Below, one piece after another: positions 40,864 to 48,783 of a stretch of 64,000 bases of DNA. This stretch comes from an uncultured delta proteobacterium (lineage in GTDB: Bacteria > Desulfobacterota > Desulfomonilia > Desulfomonilales > Desulfomonilaceae), in assembly GCA_963789265.1 (NCBI GenBank), contig CAWBKB010000007.1:64001-128000 (forward strand), written 5' to 3'. Made by a program: the position numbers and the translations under genes. The notes beneath the pieces are model-generated. The model searched no databases and was not told the origin of the DNA. It worked only from the letters and a program-made list of their open reading frames with translations. Within the stretch, counting starts at the first letter, position 1; each line of letters begins with the position of its first letter.

Positions 40864-41693
40864 TGAGCGCACGGAATGGTCATCTGCTAATTCTGTGGGC
40901 AGCCATAGTCTGTGTCGTGCTCTTTTCGGTTGCACCTTTCGCTTGGTTTGCCCTGCTTGCGTTCAAACCGCACCTAGAAATTACTGCGATTCCGCCGGCT
41001 ATATTTCCCGGGCACATTTCCTCGGAGGCCATGTCCGCTGCAATCTTCAAACATGGCCTGCTGCATTTCCTAAAGAATAGTATGATCGTTGCAGGAATTA
41101 CCACAGCAGTTTGCGTGACTGTCGGAACACTCGCGGCTTATCCGCTGGTACGACTCCCAATAAAGTTCAAAAGAACTATCCTTCTGTTGATCCTGGCTGC
41201 GGGGATGTTTCCTCAAATTTCAATAGCAGGTCCGGTCTGGAGAATTCTGCTCGGCCTGGGTTGGCTCAATACATATCAGGGGCTCGTTCTGCCTTATTTG
41301 GCTCTCACATTGCCGATCACTGTTTGGATACTTGCCAATTTTTTCGGCGAGCTTCCTCGAGAATTGGAAGATGCGGCCAAAATAGACGGTGCAAACCTTT
41401 TCCAGATCTTGGGCAGGATAATTCTGCCGTTGGCTGCGCCGGGCGTCTTCACCGCGGCGATACTGACCTTTATCTATTGTTGGAACGAATTCTTTTTTGC
41501 TCTGCTCATCATGACACGCAGTGATTTTCAGACGCTTCCGGTGGGAATCGCTTTATTTCCGGGGCAGTACACCTTGCCCTGGGGAGAAATAGCCGCGGCT
41601 TCGATTGTAACCACCATGCCGCTGATTCTGTTGACGGTATTTTTTCAGAAACGCATCATTTCGGGACTAACCGCGGGGGCGGTGAGGGGATAG
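40863..41693 (+). CDS. Sugar ABC transporter permease (MalG-like)
   Basis: LKNSMIVA, LPRELEDAAKIDGA, WNEFFFAL, FQKRIISGLTAGAVRG. Confidence 0.93.
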   Translation: MSARNGHLLILWAAIVCVVLFSVAPFAWFALLAFKPHLEITAIPPAIFPGHISSEAMSAAIFKHGLLHFLKNSMIVAGITTAVCVTVGTLAAYPLVRLPIKFKRTILLLILAAGMFPQISIAGPVWRILLGLGWLNTYQGLVLPYLALTLPITVWILANFFGELPRELEDAAKIDGANLFQILGRIILPLAAPGVFTAAILTFIYCWNEFFFALLIMTRSDFQTLPVGIALFPGQYTLPWGEIAAASIVTTMPLILLTVFFQKRIISGLTAGAVRG

Positions 41694-41830
41694 AGGAATT
41701 GTGGTCAAGCATTGGACTGGAAATTGGAGACGAAAGCCAGTCTCGCTTCGTGCGTATTTTTGCTCGCGTTGGACAAACAGAGAGACATGCTGCGATCTCA
41801 CGCGAGCACGGATCAAGACCTGCCCCCAAT

Positions 41831-41913
41831 ATTCATTAACTCACGTTGTACATGTTACTCGAAGTCGCGCGCTCAGAAATGAGCCAAGAGCAGATCTGAC
41901 CCCTTTTGACCCC
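41831..41913 (-). repeat. R1: divergent, inverted copy of the GGGGTC...GACCCC hairpin repeat
   Basis: Reverse complement begins GGGGTCAGATCTGCTCTTGGCTCATTTCTGAGC; duplicated end TGACCCCTTTTGACCCC. Confidence 0.7.
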
Positions 41914-41975
41914 TTTTCTTTTCAAACATTAGTTGGCATCAGCCAGTCAGTTTCCGAGCAGCGGAACAATCCTAT

Positions 41976-42809
41976 TTAGGGGCAATCATGTATTGGGCTT
42001 TCCTTGGCTCCGTGTGCCCTCAAGAGTTCTACGATTTCATCACTTGCTGCCCAATCCAGAGCAGTAGTGCAATGCATGCCGCCTACGTGATTGATATCCG
42101 GCCCCTTGTCCAACAGGGCCTGCACTATCTCTACATTACCATCCGATGCAGCGAACATCAGTGCTGTCCAACCACTGTCATCTTTGGCATTGACATCGGC
42201 TCCTTTGGCCAAAAGTAACTTCACGATCTCAAGATGTCCACTTCCCGAGGCTTCCGAGAGCGCTGTCCGTTCATACTCACCCTTGGCATTTACGTCCGCA
42301 CCCTTGGCCAATAGAATCTTAATTACCTGCAGATGACCATGTCTGGAAGCCCCCGCAAGCGCTGTCCCGATATCCTGGCCATCTATGCCCTTTTCCAGGA
42401 ACTCACGAACTTTTTCTGTATCCCCGAGCATAGCTGCTACTTCCAACGTGAGTATGGCTCCTCGTTGTTTCAGCAACTCAGCCATTCTTCGGCGACCCCA
42501 ACAAGCGGTGAGCCAGATTGCCGTTTTGCCATACCACCCTGTTGCATTGATGTCGGCCCCATTGTCCAGCAACAGATTGACAGTTTCCAGGTGATCGCCA
42601 TAGACGGCTCTAAGGAAGGCTGTGTCACCACGCTTGTCTTTCGCATTGACATCGGCCCCTTTGGCCAAAAGGTCTTGCACCTGCTTCAAGTCGCCCTTCA
42701 AAGCCGCTTCCGTTAACGCATCCTGATCATTCGCAAAGCTCTCGTAACAGAAAACTGACAAAACAATGAGCAGCGCTGTTGCCACTATGCCAATTCCGAG
42801 TCTGTGCAT
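41976..42809 (-). CDS. Exported ankyrin-repeat protein
   Basis: Signal peptide; repeated G.TAL..A...GHLEIVKLLLAKGADVNAK. Confidence 0.93.
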   Translation of the reverse strand: MHRLGIGIVATALLIVLSVFCYESFANDQDALTEAALKGDLKQVQDLLAKGADVNAKDKRGDTAFLRAVYGDHLETVNLLLDNGADINATGWYGKTAIWLTACWGRRRMAELLKQRGAILTLEVAAMLGDTEKVREFLEKGIDGQDIGTALAGASRHGHLQVIKILLAKGADVNAKGEYERTALSEASGSGHLEIVKLLLAKGADVNAKDDSGWTALMFAASDGNVEIVQALLDKGPDINHVGGMHCTTALDWAASDEIVELLRAHGAKESPIHDCP

Positions 42810-42905
42810 CTATGAATCCCTCCCTCCCGCAACGTCGTCTCATGAGGGTGCAATTGTTCAGCTAAGTGGATGACCCCACTACTATTCGACGAAAGGGGTC
42901 GGAAA

Positions 42906-42986
42906 GGGGTCAGATCTATTCTTAACTCATTTCCGAGCCGCTTGACAGGAAGCCACCCGCAGAATATGAGTTAAGAGCAGACTTGA
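42906..42986 (+). repeat. R2: 85-bp hairpin repeat split by the IS (last bases CCCC at 44502-44505)
   Basis: GGGGTCAGATCTATTCTTAACTCATTTC...GAATATGAGTTAAGAGCAGACTTGA|CCCC; aligns ungapped with R3 and R4. Confidence 0.88.
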
Positions 42987-43058
42987 TAATCATAAAAAGG
43001 CACCTCTGAGTCGGGAATGTGGTATCCCCGACTTGCCATTAACCGTAGGAGGTGCCCG

Positions 43059-44078
43059 ATGGAAGTATATGCGGCGCTTGATCTTCATGCAAGCAACAGT
43101 TATCTGGCGGTGGTAGAGCGAGAAGGAAAGAGGGTGTTCAACAGGAGGCTTGTTAATGATTCGGCTGTTCTCTTGAATGCCCTTGAACCTTACAAGGAAG
43201 GTATGCAAGGCATAGCAGTGGAATCCACCTTCAACTGGTACTGGGTTGTGGATGCGATGATGGAAGCGGGATACCGAGTGCATTTGGCCAATCCTACCGC
43301 TATACAAAAATACAGTGGAATGAAACATTCCGATGACAATAGCGATGCATTTTGGTTGGCGGAAATGTTACGCTTAGGCATTCTACCTGAGGGATATATA
43401 TATCCACGGGAAGAGCGCCCGGTGAGAGACCTGCTACGCAAACGGATGCATCTGGTCAAGCTGAGAACCTCACTTATTAACAGCCTGCAAAATATCCTCG
43501 CTCGTAGTATGGGCGTGAAGATTGGGGCCGCCAAGATAAAACAACTGACTAATGATCTTGTTTCACCGCTCTTGGAGCAGGACGAGAACCTGGCTCTGAC
43601 CGGCCAGGTGAGCAAGCAGAGCATAGATTTCCTCACGCGACAAATCAAGAAGGTTGAAAAGAAGGTTCAAGGGAAAATCGAATTGAAGAAGGAATATGCT
43701 TGCCTGACGACCATCTCCGGCGTGGGGGTTATCCTGTCGCTCACCATCATGCTTGAAACAGGCCCCATAAGTCGTTTTCAGGCTGCGGGGAACTATGCGT
43801 CCTATTGCAGAAAGGTTCCGACTCGCTGGACCAGCAACGGGAAGAGCAAGGGAACAGGTAACAAGAAGAATGGCAACAAGTACTTGGCATGGGCCTTTTC
43901 CGAAGCTTCGGAACTCGCCCGGCGCTTTGATCCGGCAATCAGAGCCTGGTTCGATCGGAAGGTATCCAGGACCAACCGTATGTGCGCTCACGCCGCGCTG
44001 GGCCACAAACTGGCACGAGCGGCGTATTATATCATGAGGGACCAAGTTCCCTTTGACAACAAGAGGCTTATTGGTTAG
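43059..44078 (+). CDS. IS110-family DEDD transposase/recombinase
   Basis: ALDLH, VEST, HSDDNSDA (DEDD); TISGVG, TSNG (catalytic Ser region), GNKYLAWAFSEA; AGGAGG RBS. Confidence 0.95.
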   Translation: MEVYAALDLHASNSYLAVVEREGKRVFNRRLVNDSAVLLNALEPYKEGMQGIAVESTFNWYWVVDAMMEAGYRVHLANPTAIQKYSGMKHSDDNSDAFWLAEMLRLGILPEGYIYPREERPVRDLLRKRMHLVKLRTSLINSLQNILARSMGVKIGAAKIKQLTNDLVSPLLEQDENLALTGQVSKQSIDFLTRQIKKVEKKVQGKIELKKEYACLTTISGVGVILSLTIMLETGPISRFQAAGNYASYCRKVPTRWTSNGKSKGTGNKKNGNKYLAWAFSEASELARRFDPAIRAWFDRKVSRTNRMCAHAALGHKLARAAYYIMRDQVPFDNKRLIG

Positions 44079-44084
44079 ACGACT

Positions 44085-44345
44085 GGCGTAGGCGGCGACC
44101 CTGAGTAGGGGTTGGAAAAACCACCAGATTTGATTGGGCAGCCGCCTACCCCACAGATCCGGGGAGCCGGACTCTTTGCCGCCCATGCTGTGAGCCACTA
44201 AAGGGTTGGTTCAAAACCATGAGATTTGTCCTATTCCTCTTGGACACAGCATGGAACCGAAGATTTTCTGGTCCGCAATAAGCGGAAGGGGCAGGACCTC
44301 TAAGGTCCATGCCTTGATCCTGATGGGTGACTGGTGCGGTGAGGA
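44085..44345 (+). ncRNA. Bridge/seekRNA of the IS1111-group element (boundaries approximate)
   Basis: Stem 44088-44096/44141-44149 encloses AGGGGT and CAGATTTGA, matching the target; GATTTTC (44262) and ATGGGTGA (44323) resemble the circle junction. Confidence 0.75.
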
Positions 44346-44601
44346 TAACTACCGACACCACCTGAGAGAAGTACCGGCAAAGGCGAAGAGCAGGCGCTGA
44401 CGGACGCTGTGCGAAACACGGCCGTACTCTCAGCAAGGAAACGATTCTTTCCTTGCTACAGGAGAGTCTTTTCCCTTGACAGAGGGCCTTTTAATGGGCG
44501 ACCCCTCGTCCAGCAGCGGTGCAAAAAAAACTTCTTTTTCGTGTCCGTCAGCCGTCCCCGCCTTCCAACACATACAAATTCAGCGATTTTGCCGTTTACC
44601 G

Positions 44602-46899
44602 TTATTCTATCGACGGCTTCAGCTCCGGGACCGTTTTCCACTGATTGACATAAGTCATGATCGCGGCCATCACCAACGGAATGACGCCGAACGCGATAAA
44701 GACACTGTCACCGGGCAAGCGTATCCATTCAATTGTCCTTGCAAACCCCTGGTTAAGGTAGGTAAGCCCGCGCGCATGCCAGTACCCGTGGACCAGTACG
44801 TTGTGCAACTGCAGGATGCCGCCCGGGAAAAGAGTGCACACGATCATAAGCGCCAACCCAATGTTCAAACCCCAAAAGGATACGCGTATGTATTTTTCAA
44901 TGCGCGCCCATTGCATGTCTGTTGACGCCTGGCGAAAGGCAAGGACCATGAGGGCTACCGCCTCCATACCGAATACGCCCATTAGCGCAGCGTGACCGTG
45001 GTTTGGCGTAAGCATCGTGCCCACTTCGAAATAACTTACGATGGGCAGATTGATCAGAAACCCGAAGATGCCTGCACCGACGAAATTCCAAAAGCCTACG
45101 GCCATCAGGAAATAGAACGTCCATTTATGCGGGATGGCGATCGGTTTTCCACAGACGTCGCACGTGCCCCTGGTCAACTTGATGAAGTCCCAGGCATCCA
45201 GCGTCAAAAGGGTTAGCGGGACAACTTCCATGGCCGAAAATAAGGAGGAAAGGGCGAGGTTTACATTGGTCTGGCCCGTCCAATACCAGTGATGGCCTGT
45301 GCCGATGATTCCGCTTCCCAGAAACAGGATGGCATCCAGGTAGATAACCCTGACCGCTGTATTGCGCGCGACCATGCCCAGCCTGTAAAAGGTGACGGCT
45401 ACCATCGTCGTTACAAAAAGTTCGAAGAAGCCCTCGACCCACAGGTGGATGATCCAGAAACGCCAGTTGTCAACAATGGAATACTCCGTGGTACTTTTGA
45501 AGAAGAAGGCCGGCAGGTAGAAGACGGGGATCGTCAAGGCCGATATCATGAAAAGCCACGATATTTCCTTGCGCTCAGGATCTTGGAGGGCGGGCGTAAT
45601 CGCCCGGTACACCAGGATGGCCCAAAGCACCAGTCCCAGGGCGAGAAGGATTTGCCAACCCCGGCCGAGGTCCAGATACTCCCAACCCTGGTGCCCAAAC
45701 CAGAACCAGAATTTGCCGAGGAGTTGATCGATGCCCAGCAGTTCTCCCAGAAGACTTCCGCCAACAACTATCACCAGCGCCCAGAAAAGCAGGTTTATTC
45801 CCTTCACCTGCCCCTTGGGTTCGTATTCTCCCAAAGCGCTGCCAAGCAGCAGGCCGCCCCCCACAAAGGCTGTAGCAATCCAGAAAATGGCCAACTGAAG
45901 GTGCCAGGTTCGCAGGATAATGCTCGGAAACACATCGTATAAAGGAATCCCGTAGAAGCTTCCCGGCTCTGCCCTGAAGTGCGCGGTAGCCCCGCCTACA
46001 AGCACTTGCGCCAGGAAAAGGAGGGAGACCACAAGGAAAAACTTGATGGTCGCTCTCTGGGTCTCACCAGCCCTGCCGGGCAACATTTGCGGATGGATGT
46101 GCGGCCTTGCTCCCCTCCAGCCAAGGTAATCGAATCTGCCGAAGGCAAACAACACCACAGCCGTGCCGACAAGAAGAGCAATAAGGCTTATGGCGCTCCA
46201 GAGCACGGCGTTACCTGGCGGAACATTGCCCACCAGCGGGTCGTAGGGAAAATTGTTGGTGTAAGTTACCGAGCCGCCCGGGCGGTTTACCACCGAAGCC
46301 CAGGCTGCCCAAGCAAAAAATGCCGTAAGTTCCTTCAGTTCTTTGGGATTGCTGATATAGTCGGGCCTAAGTCCGCCGTTCAGGTCTGGCGAGGAGAAAT
46401 AATGTGTCCACAGGCCCACCTGCTCCTTGTAAGAATTCGCCTCCGGGTCGGTGAAAACCAGTGTTCGGGTCCTCGGGTCGTAGCGGTTTTGTTTCAGAAG
46501 GAGTCTGACTTTGTCTTCAACGGTCGCCCGCTCTCCTCGTGACGGTTGGTTCACGTCGTGGCCGAAGAGCTTTTGAGCCATGGTATTTGCAGCTTCGACG
46601 CCAAGGGTGTGAAGGTAAGCTGCCGAAAAATCCGGTCCGAGGTAGGCCCCATGCCCCCAGAGAGTACCATTTTCCATGAGCCCGTACTTCTCAAACACCT
46701 TCTGGCCTGCCAGGATTTCTTGCCCGGTCAAAAGTGTCTTCCCCGAGGTGGTCACTATTTTCTCTGGAATCGGCGGAGCGTCGCGGTAGGCAAGGACTGC
46801 AACCAGAATCAGGACTGAAAACCCCGCCAGCACTACGAGAATTACCGCACGCACCCACCAGGGTGATAGTCCTTCATCCATTTTTTCAGCAGGTGTCAT
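44602..46899 (-). CDS. norB: Quinol-dependent nitric oxide reductase (qNor)
   Basis: WGHGAYLGPDFSA, YTNNFPYDPLVGN, RTWHLQ, HLWVEGFFE, GTGHHWY, NHGHAA; RBS before ATG 46899. Confidence 0.95.
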   Translation of the reverse strand: MTPAEKMDEGLSPWWVRAVILVVLAGFSVLILVAVLAYRDAPPIPEKIVTTSGKTLLTGQEILAGQKVFEKYGLMENGTLWGHGAYLGPDFSAAYLHTLGVEAANTMAQKLFGHDVNQPSRGERATVEDKVRLLLKQNRYDPRTRTLVFTDPEANSYKEQVGLWTHYFSSPDLNGGLRPDYISNPKELKELTAFFAWAAWASVVNRPGGSVTYTNNFPYDPLVGNVPPGNAVLWSAISLIALLVGTAVVLFAFGRFDYLGWRGARPHIHPQMLPGRAGETQRATIKFFLVVSLLFLAQVLVGGATAHFRAEPGSFYGIPLYDVFPSIILRTWHLQLAIFWIATAFVGGGLLLGSALGEYEPKGQVKGINLLFWALVIVVGGSLLGELLGIDQLLGKFWFWFGHQGWEYLDLGRGWQILLALGLVLWAILVYRAITPALQDPERKEISWLFMISALTIPVFYLPAFFFKSTTEYSIVDNWRFWIIHLWVEGFFELFVTTMVAVTFYRLGMVARNTAVRVIYLDAILFLGSGIIGTGHHWYWTGQTNVNLALSSLFSAMEVVPLTLLTLDAWDFIKLTRGTCDVCGKPIAIPHKWTFYFLMAVGFWNFVGAGIFGFLINLPIVSYFEVGTMLTPNHGHAALMGVFGMEAVALMVLAFRQASTDMQWARIEKYIRVSFWGLNIGLALMIVCTLFPGGILQLHNVLVHGYWHARGLTYLNQGFARTIEWIRLPGDSVFIAFGVIPLVMAAIMTYVNQWKTVPELKPSIE

Positions 46900-46996
46900 C
46901 TTTTCTCCCTCCTTGATTACACTTCCGGTTCCTTTCTCAATCAGAAAGCGTTCTGCACCAACCCTCTGTGACCTCAACGTATTGCAAGATGAAAAC

Positions 46997-47081
46997 GGGG
47001 TCAAATCTATTCTTAACTCATTTCCGAGCCACTTGATAGGAAGCCACCCGCGGAATATAAGTCAAGAGCAGACTCGCCCCC
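46997..47081 (+). repeat. R3: 85-bp hairpin repeat
   Basis: GGGGTCAAATCTATTCTTAACTCATTTCCGAGCC...GTCAAGAGCAGACTCGCCCCC. Confidence 0.88.
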
Positions 47082-47134
47082 CCGTCATGCGCTTCTTGAT
47101 TTCTCGCCGATCAGATGAGGTCATCCCAAGTTCC

Positions 47135-47485
47135 TCATGGGTGTGGAGTTATTGCTATGATCATAATTTGGTCTATTCCGGGACCGTAGCACCAGAAAAG
47201 TCGGTAAGCACCAGGGGTACTCTGCTGAACATACGCCTCGAACACTTTGCTTCCGGGCGTATGAGGGTGTCGCTTGGAATGGAATTCATGGGTGTTCAAT
47301 CCTGAGTGCCGAGGGTTTTCTTTTAAGAGATCAACACATTTCTTCACTTGCTTGAAAAGACCTTCGGAACGAGATACTTTGGGCCTCCCCTTCCTTTGTC
47401 TGGCTTCTAACGATGAAATGGCCTCAGCTTTCAGCCGGTCGTAGGTCTCTCGTGCCTTTTGCGTCCAAACAAGGGTGAACGCCAT
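47135..47485 (-). CDS. Putative RelE-fold toxin
   Basis: ENPRHSGLNTHE...VFEAYVQQSTPGAYRLFWCYGP...IIAITPHP; directly after an AbrB-like gene. Confidence 0.75.
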   Translation of the reverse strand: MAFTLVWTQKARETYDRLKAEAISSLEARQRKGRPKVSRSEGLFKQVKKCVDLLKENPRHSGLNTHEFHSKRHPHTPGSKVFEAYVQQSTPGAYRLFWCYGPGIDQIMIIAITPHP

Positions 47486-47486
47486 C

Positions 47487-47753
47487 CTAATCCTCAAGCT
47501 GATCCACTAGGGCTTGATCAGCATGTAGATCAGGGGGAGGGCTGAACGTCCCTGCTTCGGCTTGCTCTAAACCGATCTCGAGCAGAGCCTTGGCTTCAGG
47601 ATTCTTATAAAGCCAAAGCTCCCTCTCCGGTATGACTGCAGCGAGTTCCAGTTTAAACTCCGTTTCGCCAATCTTTTCAAAGAGGACCGTCTTATTGGCG
47701 AACTCTTTGCCGAGATTGATTCGACCTCGTGAATCTACTTTCCTCGTTTCCAT
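47487..47753 (-). CDS. Putative AbrB-like antitoxin
   Basis: RKVDSRGRINLGKEFA...IPERELWLYKNPEA...GLEQAEAG; AAGGAG RBS. Confidence 0.75.
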   Translation of the reverse strand: METRKVDSRGRINLGKEFANKTVLFEKIGETEFKLELAAVIPERELWLYKNPEAKALLEIGLEQAEAGTFSPPPDLHADQALVDQLED

Positions 47754-47951
47754 GATGGTGTGTCTCCTTAGACCCAGGATATCATCAGAGCTTACCCGCG
47801 TCAAATGGGTAGATGGGCTAAACCCACATCGATAGGACATTCCAGCTAAGGCGTGTGTTCCTTCTTGATTCCACCGCTTGGAAATCGTTTCTGCCAAAGG
47901 GGTCACATCTGCTCATGGCTCCTTTGTGAAAAGGGGAAAAGGGGTCAAAAA

Positions 47952-48036
47952 GGGGGCAGTTCCACTCTTAACTCATTTTCGAGCCGCTTGATAGGGAGCC
48001 ACCCGCAGAATATGAGTCAAGAGCAGACTTGACCCC
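47952..48036 (+). repeat. R4: 85-bp hairpin repeat, preceded by a half copy (47899-47921) and AAAAGGGG(TC) end duplications
   Basis: GGGGGCAGTTCCACTCTTAACTCATTTTCGAGCC...GAGCAGACTTGACCCC. Confidence 0.88.
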
Positions 48037-48215
48037 TCGCCCAGCTTCGTTTCAATATTCACACCCCGCACGCTGTATGTCAACCTGTAGCTCGTGTAGG
48101 ATGGGGTGAATTCCGTATCTTGCGGATTGAACCGTCAGGCGTGTCGCGGGACTCGCGCCAGACTCGAATGATGCGGTTTCCTCCGTTCGCGACATCCTAC
48201 CAATGCCTCAAAGCT

Positions 48216-48773
48216 TTACAAGAAGGGGTTTTTTTCATCAGTCCATACCAGACGGCATTCAAAACCCTTCAGCTTTGTAGCCTTAACCCGCTCGACGAAA
48301 TCATCAGTGACTAAGACATCCATTAAAACCGCCTGCGGGATCTTGAACACCTTTAGGCCTACAAGACGATTTGGGAAAAAAGAATAACGGACGATATACA
48401 TGATTCTGCCGCTGCTGAACCGCTTCACTTGAGAATTCTCTTCATTCAACGTATCAACAACGCGAGTTACATTAAACAAAAAATAGTCTTCGCCATCGCA
48501 GGTTATGGGCAGGAGTTCCCCGTTTCCTTCCAGCATATCAGCTAAGGCATTCACAGCTTTACGATTAAATACTGGAATGTGGCTGCTCAAGCCTGGAAAA
48601 TCTCCAACCAAACGAGGAGCCTTGTAGAATTCAAATTTTCGTTCTTTGCCCGTCCAAGTATACTTTATTGTCCTGCCATCGAAACGCCGGCTGAACTCCA
48701 CAATGCCCTTCTCACTGCCATACAATAGGCTTCGATACTTATTGACATCTGGGCGAAGTACATAAACTTTCAT
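48216..48773 (-). CDS. Putative polymorphic-toxin immunity protein (Imm11/DUF1629-like)
   Basis: GDFP, ELLPI...YFLFNV..VVDTLNEENS, FKIP...VTDDFVERV...LKGF; directly downstream of the AHH toxin. Confidence 0.75.
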   Translation of the reverse strand: MKVYVLRPDVNKYRSLLYGSEKGIVEFSRRFDGRTIKYTWTGKERKFEFYKAPRLVGDFPGLSSHIPVFNRKAVNALADMLEGNGELLPITCDGEDYFLFNVTRVVDTLNEENSQVKRFSSGRIMYIVRYSFFPNRLVGLKVFKIPQAVLMDVLVTDDFVERVKATKLKGFECRLVWTDEKNPFL

Positions 48774-48783
48774 GAATCGCCTC

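Larger units (their letters stand above)
42987..44501 (+). mobile_element. IS110-family, IS1111-group insertion sequence (~1.5 kb)
   Basis: Sub-terminal IRs CATAAAAAGGC (42991-43001) / GCCTTTTAATG (44486-44496); GA core at both junctions; removal restores R2 exactly; long 3' non-coding region. Confidence 0.9.

Noticed and set aside
44602..46899. NO dismutase (Nod) instead of qNor
   Set aside because: The canonical HLWVEGFFE and GHH ligands are retained.
42906..48036. R2-R4 as classical integron attC sites
   Set aside because: The internal TCTTAAC/GTTAAGA resembles R boxes, but GTT is GTC in R3 and R4, the hairpin extends well beyond these boxes, and no intI is present in the window.
42906..48036. 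CRISPR array
   Set aside because: Repeats are 85 bp and separated by 0.9-2.5 kb of genes; no cas genes.
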